DNA of 4,746 nt from a virus. Taxonomy: Duplodnaviria; Heunggongvirae; Uroviricota; Caudoviricetes. Shown one piece after another: positions 1-4,746 of this stretch; position 1 is the stretch's first letter, and the number at the start of each line of letters is the position of its first letter. Location: IMG/VR virus record IMGVR_UViG_3300039368_000121. One strand, written 5' to 3'. The notes under the pieces were generated by a model that ran no database searches, was not told the origin of the DNA, and was given only the letters and a program-made list of their open reading frames with translations. Made by a program: the position numbers and the translations under genes.

Positions 1-502
1 CCGGCGGCTGCAGGTGCAGAGTGATTTGCCGTGGTGGCTGGTCTGCCGGGGGACGATTCATAAATTCCGCTGTGTGCCGCATCTCACCGGGCGGCGCTTT
101 GAGCACGGGGTGACGGACTGTTACACGCTGTTCCGGGATGCTTATCATCTGGCGGGGATTGAGATGCCGGATTTTCATCGCGAGGATGACTGGTGGCGTC
201 ACGGTCAGAATCTCTATCTGGATAATCTGGAGGCCACAGGGCTGTATCAGGTGCCGTTGTCATCAGCACAACCGGGCGATGTGCTGCTGTGCTGTTTTGG
301 TTCATCGGTGCCGAATCATGCCGCCATTTACTGTGGTGATGGCGAGCTGTTGCACCATATTCCTGAACAACTGAGCAAACGAGAGAGGTATACCGACAAA
401 TGGCAGCGACGCACACACTCCCTCTGGCGTCACCAGGCATGGCACGCATCTGCCTTTACGGGGATTTACAACGATTTGTCCGCCGCATCGATCTGCGTGT
501 GA
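1..502 (+). CDS. K: Tail tip assembly protein K, C-terminal NlpC/P60 peptidase-like domain; 5'-partial, the reading frame is open to the window start (codons at 2-13 have no stop) and the N-terminal part lies upstream of the window
   Basis: The translation (…VTDCYTLFRDAYHLAGIEMPDFHREDDWWRHG…NHAAIYCGDGELLHHIPEQL…) matches my memory of the lambda gpK C-terminal region. The NlpC/P60-type catalytic residues are present: Cys codon tgt at 119-121, His codon cat at 317-319, His codons at 353-358. Stop TGA at 500-502. The track's start at 14 is a GTG with an open frame upstream, so the true start is outside the window. Position immediately upstream of I and J fits lambda gene order. Confidence 0.85.
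   Translation, partial: RRLQVQSDLPWWLVCRGTIHKFRCVPHLTGRRFEHGVTDCYTLFRDAYHLAGIEMPDFHREDDWWRHGQNLYLDNLEATGLYQVPLSSAQPGDVLLCCFGSSVPNHAAIYCGDGELLHHIPEQLSKRERYTDKWQRRTHSLWRHQAWHASAFTGIYNDLSAASICV
381..388 (+). promoter_or_regulatory. Shine-Dalgarno-like purine run (GAGAGAGG) upstream of the I start codon
   Basis: GAGAGAGG at 381-388 ends 11 nt before the ATG at 400. The spacing is on the long side but it is the only good ribosome-binding site near either candidate start of I. Confidence 0.4.
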
Positions 503-1041
503 AAACGGGGGCCGAAGCCATCCGGGCGCTGGCCATGCAGATCCCGGCGTTTCGTCAGAAGCTGAGCGACGGCTGGTATCAGGTACGCATTGCCGGGCGT
601 GATACAGGTGAAACGGAATTATCAGCCCGTCTGAATGAACCGCTGGCAAATGGTGCTGTGATCCATATCGTGCCGCGTCTGGCAGGAGCCAAAAGTGGCG
701 GTGTGTTTCAGGCTGTGCTGGGGGCGGCTGTTATGGCGGTTGCTATATGGATGCCGGGGGTAGGAATTATGGCGAGTAATCTGCTGTTTTCTCTCGGTGC
801 CAGTATGACGCTTGGCGGTGTTGCACAGATGCTGGCCCCTAAACCCAAAACCCCCCGCACACAGACAACGGATAACGGCAAACAGAACACCTATTTTTCT
901 TCACTGGATAATATGGTTGCCCAGGGCAATGTTCTGCCCGTTCTGTACGGTGAAATGCGCGTGGGATCACGTGTGGTATCTCAGGAGATCAGCACAGCAG
1001 ATGAAGGTGATGGTGGTCAGGTTGTGGTGATTGGTCGCTGA
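400..1041 (+). CDS. I: Tail assembly protein I (lambda gpI family), 213 aa
   Basis: The N-terminus (MAATHTLPLASPGMARICLYGDLQRF…) and C-terminus (…NTYFSSLDNMVAQGNVLPVLYGEMRVGSRVVSQEISTADEGDGGQVVVIGR) match my recollection of lambda gpI, with a Gly/Ala-rich hydrophobic middle segment. ATG at 400 is the first start after the in-frame stop at 364-366; an alternative in-frame ATG lies at 439. Stop TGA at 1039-1041. The gene overlaps the 3' end of K by 103 nt in a different frame. Confidence 0.85.
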   Translation: MAATHTLPLASPGMARICLYGDLQRFVRRIDLRVKTGAEAIRALAMQIPAFRQKLSDGWYQVRIAGRDTGETELSARLNEPLANGAVIHIVPRLAGAKSGGVFQAVLGAAVMAVAIWMPGVGIMASNLLFSLGASMTLGGVAQMLAPKPKTPRTQTTDNGKQNTYFSSLDNMVAQGNVLPVLYGEMRVGSRVVSQEISTADEGDGGQVVVIGR

Positions 1042-1059
1042 TGAAAAACGTTTTATGTG

Positions 1060-1088
1060 AAACCGCCTCCGGGCGGTTTTATCGTTTA
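1060..1088 (+). terminator. Terminator-like hairpin in the I-J intergenic spacer: perfect 8-bp stem, 4-nt loop, T-rich tail
   Basis: AAACCGCC (1060-1067) pairs perfectly with GGCGGTTT (1072-1079) around the loop TCCG (1068-1071), followed by T-A-T-C-G-T-T-T-A (1080-1088). Five of the eight stem pairs are G:C. The T tract is interrupted, so this may be a weak terminator or an mRNA-stabilising or processing hairpin. Confidence 0.4.
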
Positions 1089-1089
1089 T

Positions 1090-1093
1090 GGAG
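1090..1093 (+). promoter_or_regulatory. Shine-Dalgarno sequence (GGAG) for J
   Basis: GGAG at 1090-1093 lies 8 nt upstream of the J ATG at 1102-1104. Confidence 0.6.
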
Positions 1094-1101
1094 CATGACG
1101 A

Positions 1102-4100
1102 ATGGGTAAAGGCAGCAGTAAGGGGCATACCCCGCGCGAAGCGAAGGACAACCTGAAATCCACGCAGCTGCTGAGTGTGATTGATGCCATCAGCGAAGGG
1201 CCGATTGAAGGTCCGGTGGATGGATTAAAAAGCGTGCTGCTGAACAGTACGCCGGTGCTGGACAGTGAGGGGAATACCAATATATCCGGCGTCACGGTGG
1301 TGTTCCGGGCAGGTGAGCAGGAGCAGTCACCGCCGGAGGGATTTGAATCCTCCGGCTCCGAGACGGTGCTGGGTACGGAAGTGAAATATGACACGCCGAT
1401 CACCCGCACCATTACGTCGGCAAACATCGACCGTCTGCGCTTTACCTTCGGTGTACAGGCACTGGTGGAAACCACCTCAAAGGGTGACAGGAATCCGTCG
1501 GAAGTCCGTCTGCTGGTTCAGATACAGCGTAATGGTGGCTGGGTGACGGAAAAAGACATCACCATTAAGGGCAAAACCACCTCGCAGTATCTGGCCTCGG
1601 TGGTGGTGGGTAACCTGCCGCCGCGCCCGTTCAATATACGGATGCGCAGGATGACGCCGGACAGCACCACAGACCAGCTGCAGAACAAAACGCTCTGGTC
1701 GTCATACACCGAAATCATCGATGTGAAACAGTGCTACCCGAACACGGCACTGGTCGGCGTGCAGGTGGATTCGGAGCAGTTCGGCAGCCAGCAGGTGAGC
1801 CGTAATTATCATCTGCGCGGGCGCATTCTGCAGGTGCCGTCGAACTATAACCCGCAGACGCGGCAATACAGCGGTATCTGGGACGGAACGTTTAAGCCAG
1901 CATACAGCAACAACATGGCCTGGTGTCTGTGGGATATGCTGACCCATCCGCGCTACGGCATGGGGAAACGTCTTGGTGCGGCGGATGTGGATAAATGGGC
2001 GCTGTATGTCATCGGCCAGTACTGCGACCAGTCAGTGCCGGACGGCTTTGGCGGCACGGAGCCGCGCATCACCTGTAATGCGTACCTGACCACACAGCGC
2101 AAGGCGTGGGATGTGCTCAGTGATTTCTGCTCGGCGATGCGCTGTATGCCGGTATGGAACGGGCAGACGCTGACGTTCGTGCAGGACCGGCCATCAGATA
2201 AGGTGTGGACCTATAACCGCAGTAATGTGGTGATGCCGGATGATGGCGCGCCGTTCCGCTACAGCTTCAGCGCCCTGAAGGACCGCCATAATGCCGTTGA
2301 GGTGAACTGGATTGACCCGAACAACGGCTGGGAGACGGCGACAGAGCTTGTGGAGGACACGCAGGCCATTGCCCGTTACGGTCGTAACGTCACGAAGATG
2401 GATGCTTTTGGCTGTACCAGCCGGGGGCAGGCACACCGCGCCGGGCTGTGGCTGATTAAAACAGAACTGCTGGAAACGCAGACCGTGGACTTCAGCGTGG
2501 GTGCCGAAGGGCTTCGCCATGTACCGGGCGATGTCATTGAAATCTGCGATGATGACTATGCCGGTATCAGCACCGGCGGGCGCGTGCTGGCGGTAAACAG
2601 CCAGACCCGGACGCTGACGCTCGACCGTGAAATCACGCTGCCATCTTCCGGCACCACGCTGATAAGCCTGGTTGACGGGCAGGGGAGTCCGGTCAGCGTG
2701 GAGGTTCAGTCCGTCACCGACGGCGTGAAGGTGAAAGTGAGCCGTGTTCCTGACGGCGTTGCTGAATACAGCGTATGGGGGCTGAAGCTGCCGACGTTGC
2801 GCCAGCGCCTGTTCCGCTGCGTGAGTATCCGTGAGAACGACGACGGCACGTATGCCATCACCGCCGTGCAGCATGTACCGGAAAAAGAGGCCATCGTGGA
2901 TAACGGGGCGCACTTTGACGGCGACCAGAGCGGCACGGTAAATGGTGTCACGCCGCCAGCGGTGCAGCACCTGACCGCAGAAGTCACCGCAGACAGCGGG
3001 GAATACCAGGTGCTGGCGCGCTGGGACACGCCGAAGGTGGTGAAGGGCGTGAGCTTCCTGCTTCGCCTGACCGTGGCAGCGGATGACGGCCGTGAGCGGC
3101 TGGTCAGCACGGCCCGGACGACGGAAACCACTTACCGCTTCACACAACTGGCTCTGGGGAACTACAGGCTGACAGTCCGGGCAGTAAATGCGTGGGGGCA
3201 GCAGGGCGATCCGGCGTCGGTATCGTTCCGGATTGCCGCACCGGCAGCGCCGTCGCGGATTGAGCTGACGCCGGGCTATTTTCAGATAACCGCCACGCCG
3301 CATCTTGCGGTTTATGACCCGACGGTACAGTTTGAGTTCTGGTTCTCGGAAAAACGGATTGCGGATATCAGGCAGGTTGAAACCAGCGCGCGTTATCTTG
3401 GTACGGCACTGTACTGGATAGCCGCCAGTATCAATATCAAACCGGGCCATGATTATTATTTTTACGTTCGCAGTGTGAACACCGTTGGCAAATCGGCATT
3501 CGTGGAGGCTGTCGGTCAGCCGAGTGATGATGCATCAGGCTATCTGGATTTTTTCAAAGGCGAGATAGGGAAAACCCATCTGGCTCAGGAGCTGTGGACG
3601 CAGATTGATAACGGTCAGCTTGCGCCTGACCTGACTGAAATCAGGACGTCCATAACGGATGTCAGCAATGAAATAACACAGACCGTCAATAAGAAACTGG
3701 AAGACCAGAGTGCAGCGATCCAGCAGATACAGAAGGTTCAGGTTGATACAAATAATAACCTGAACAGCATGTGGGCAGTGAAGCTGCAGCAGATGCAGGA
3801 CGGACGCCTTTATATTGCGGGTATCGGTGCCGGTATTGAGAACACCCCTGACGGCATGCAGAGTCAGGTGCTGCTGGCAGCAGACAGGATTGCGATGATT
3901 AATCCTGCGAATGGCAACACAAAGCCGATGTTTGTTGGTCAGGGCGATCAGATATTCATGAATGAAGTGTTCCTGAAACGCCTGACGGCCCCCACCATTA
4001 CCAGCGGCGGTAATCCTCCGGCATTTTCCCTGACATCAGACGGGAGACTGACGGCGAAAAATGCGGATATCAGTGGCAGTGTGAATGCGAACTCAGGAAC

Positions 4101-4599
4101 GCTCAACAATGTCACGATTAACCAGAACTGTACGATTAAGGGCATGCTGGAGGCGACCCAGGTCAGAGGAGATTTCGTTAAAGCTGTATCAAAAGCCTTC
4201 CCGAAAAAAGTCGGTACGTGGGGTAACACGGAAACACCAAACGGTACGGTTACAGTCACCATCAGCGATGATCATAACTTTGACCGCCAGATTATTATTC
4301 CGCCCATTATTTTTAACGGTATAGCGTATGACGATCCGGGGAGCGGAAATAACCCAGGAGGCACGCGATACACGGGTTATGGTTTTGAAGTTCGCAAAAA
4401 CGGCGTATTAATCGCATCCAGAGAAACTAAAGGGGCCATTCCCGGTAGTTACAGTGCAGTTATTGATATGCCGAGTGGCAGGGGAAGCGTCACTCTGGAG
4501 TTTAAGATTTTCCAGAAAGGCAATCAGGGGGCAGGCAATATCACCGACTGTACGGTGATTGTGACCAAAAAAGCCGCTTCCGGCATCAGTATTCGTTGA
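1102..4599 (+). CDS. J: Host specificity protein J / central tail fibre (tip attachment protein), 1165 aa
   Basis: The N-terminus ([58 protein letters not shown]…) matches lambda gpJ as I recall it. The length is close to lambda J (1132 aa as I recall). The middle region contains two fibronectin type III-like segments (about nt 2950-3240 and 3240-3530, e.g. …[37 protein letters not shown]…). The C-terminal region (…[19 protein letters not shown]…[13 protein letters not shown]…[14 protein letters not shown]) is recognisably gpJ-like but diverged. The ORF is uninterrupted, has a good ribosome-binding site, and stops at TGA 4597-4599 ahead of a strong terminator. Confidence 0.95.
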   Translation: MGKGSSKGHTPREAKDNLKSTQLLSVIDAISEGPIEGPVDGLKSVLLNSTPVLDSEGNTNISGVTVVFRAGEQEQSPPEGFESSGSETVLGTEVKYDTPITRTITSANIDRLRFTFGVQALVETTSKGDRNPSEVRLLVQIQRNGGWVTEKDITIKGKTTSQYLASVVVGNLPPRPFNIRMRRMTPDSTTDQLQNKTLWSSYTEIIDVKQCYPNTALVGVQVDSEQFGSQQVSRNYHLRGRILQVPSNYNPQTRQYSGIWDGTFKPAYSNNMAWCLWDMLTHPRYGMGKRLGAADVDKWALYVIGQYCDQSVPDGFGGTEPRITCNAYLTTQRKAWDVLSDFCSAMRCMPVWNGQTLTFVQDRPSDKVWTYNRSNVVMPDDGAPFRYSFSALKDRHNAVEVNWIDPNNGWETATELVEDTQAIARYGRNVTKMDAFGCTSRGQAHRAGLWLIKTELLETQTVDFSVGAEGLRHVPGDVIEICDDDYAGISTGGRVLAVNSQTRTLTLDREITLPSSGTTLISLVDGQGSPVSVEVQSVTDGVKVKVSRVPDGVAEYSVWGLKLPTLRQRLFRCVSIRENDDGTYAITAVQHVPEKEAIVDNGAHFDGDQSGTVNGVTPPAVQHLTAEVTADSGEYQVLARWDTPKVVKGVSFLLRLTVAADDGRERLVSTARTTETTYRFTQLALGNYRLTVRAVNAWGQQGDPASVSFRIAAPAAPSRIELTPGYFQITATPHLAVYDPTVQFEFWFSEKRIADIRQVETSARYLGTALYWIAASINIKPGHDYYFYVRSVNTVGKSAFVEAVGQPSDDASGYLDFFKGEIGKTHLAQELWTQIDNGQLAPDLTEIRTSITDVSNEITQTVNKKLEDQSAAIQQIQKVQVDTNNNLNSMWAVKLQQMQDGRLYIAGIGAGIENTPDGMQSQVLLAADRIAMINPANGNTKPMFVGQGDQIFMNEVFLKRLTAPTITSGGNPPAFSLTSDGRLTAKNADISGSVNANSGTLNNVTINQNCTIKGMLEATQVRGDFVKAVSKAFPKKVGTWGNTETPNGTVTVTISDDHNFDRQIIIPPIIFNGIAYDDPGSGNNPGGTRYTGYGFEVRKNGVLIASRETKGAIPGSYSAVIDMPSGRGSVTLEFKIFQKGNQGAGNITDCTVIVTKKAASGISIR

Positions 4600-4617
4600 A
4601 ATATTTATAACCCCAAT

Positions 4618-4646
4618 AAAGGGCGTCAGGAATGACGCCTTTTTTA
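4618..4646 (+). terminator. Rho-independent (intrinsic) terminator downstream of J
   Basis: GGCGTCA (4622-4628) pairs with TGACGCC (4633-4639) around the loop GGAA (4629-4632). The stem is extendable by AAAG/(C)TTT flanks and is followed directly by a run of six T (4640-4645). It sits 19 nt after the J stop codon. Confidence 0.8.
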
Positions 4647-4673
4647 TTGCAGAAAAGCGAGAGGTAATTATGG

Positions 4674-4705
4674 TAAGCGTCAACGGAGCACCGTATTGAC
4701 GCTTA
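4674..4705. repeat. Perfect 10-bp inverted repeat (TAAGCGTCAA / TTGACGCTTA) with a 12-nt spacer
   Basis: The segment 4674-4683 is the exact reverse complement of 4696-4705, with spacer CGGAGCACCGTA. It overlaps a 9-codon mini-ORF (4670-4699) that has its own ribosome-binding site and contains a TTGACG -35-like hexamer (4696-4701). Confidence 0.5.
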
Positions 4706-4746
4706 TTTATTGGTGAGTACTACGTTCCATGGCAGGAGTTCGTCAA

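Noticed and set aside
84-1947. Several smaller minus-strand ORFs (84-449, 302-649, 708-890, 1086-1475, 1518-1718, 1702-1947) and alternate-frame + strand ORFs (138-374, 812-1030)
   Set aside because: All lie within or antisense to K, I and J, which are supported by clear homology. None has motifs or independent signals, so they are frame shadows.
2194-3450. A 418-aa ORF on the minus strand, entirely inside J
   Set aside because: It is antisense to a confidently homologous gene, its translation is Arg/Pro/Gly/Ala-rich low-complexity sequence typical of the reverse strand of GC-rich coding DNA, and it has no recognisable domain or convincing start context. It is a shadow ORF.
2706-4324. A minus-strand ORF at 2706-3131, a minus-strand ORF at 3948-4262, and a + strand alternate-frame ORF at 4085-4324
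   Set aside because: They sit inside the J coding sequence in the wrong frame or strand and their translations are compositionally biased with no recognisable features.
3540-4599. The J C-terminus as the variable target of a diversity-generating retroelement
   Set aside because: The window contains no reverse transcriptase gene and no template-repeat copy of the J 3' end, and nothing suggests adenine-specific variability. Allelic divergence by recombination is the simpler explanation.
4408-4683. A 91-aa minus-strand ORF overlapping the J 3' end and the terminator
   Set aside because: It begins at a TTG inside the inverted repeat, reads straight through the J terminator hairpin, and is antisense to the J C-terminus, so it is very unlikely to be a real gene.
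4729-4746. ATG at 4729 (MAGVRQ…) running off the window end, possibly the start of the next gene
   Set aside because: Only six codons are visible, there is no convincing Shine-Dalgarno sequence, and the upstream TTGACG / TACTAC promoter-like match is weak. It cannot be supported from this window.
1-4746. CRISPR arrays, tRNA or rRNA genes, insertion-sequence or transposase genes, Chi sites
   Set aside because: There are no regularly spaced direct repeats, no cloverleaf-compatible segments in the short intergenic regions, and no transposase-like ORF. Near-matches to Chi (e.g. ACTGGTGG around 190 and 1462) are not the exact GCTGGTGG octamer.
1-4746. A novel defence or other undescribed multi-gene system
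   Set aside because: The whole window is accounted for by three canonical lambdoid tail genes and their intergenic signals. There is no unexplained intergenic space large enough for an additional gene, so the novelty here is allelic and regulatory rather than a new system.

Overview
This window is the tail-tip module of a lambda-like (lambdoid) siphovirus, most likely a prophage in an Enterobacteriaceae genome, with three co-directional + strand genes in the order K, I, J. It holds the 3' part of the tail tip assembly protein K gene (NlpC/P60 peptidase domain, cut by the window start), the tail assembly protein I gene, and a complete 1165-aa host specificity protein J (central tail fibre) gene followed by a clear intrinsic terminator. 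All other ORFs in the six-frame track are antisense or alternate-frame shadows of these three genes. I do not see evidence for a new multi-gene system here. The points worth a second look are a 60-nt hairpin-containing spacer between I and J, the diverged, lower-GC 3' end of J that should set receptor specificity, and a short Shine-Dalgarno/mini-ORF/inverted-repeat element downstream of the J terminator. All homology statements rest on my recollection of lambda K, I and J protein sequences and were not checked against any database.
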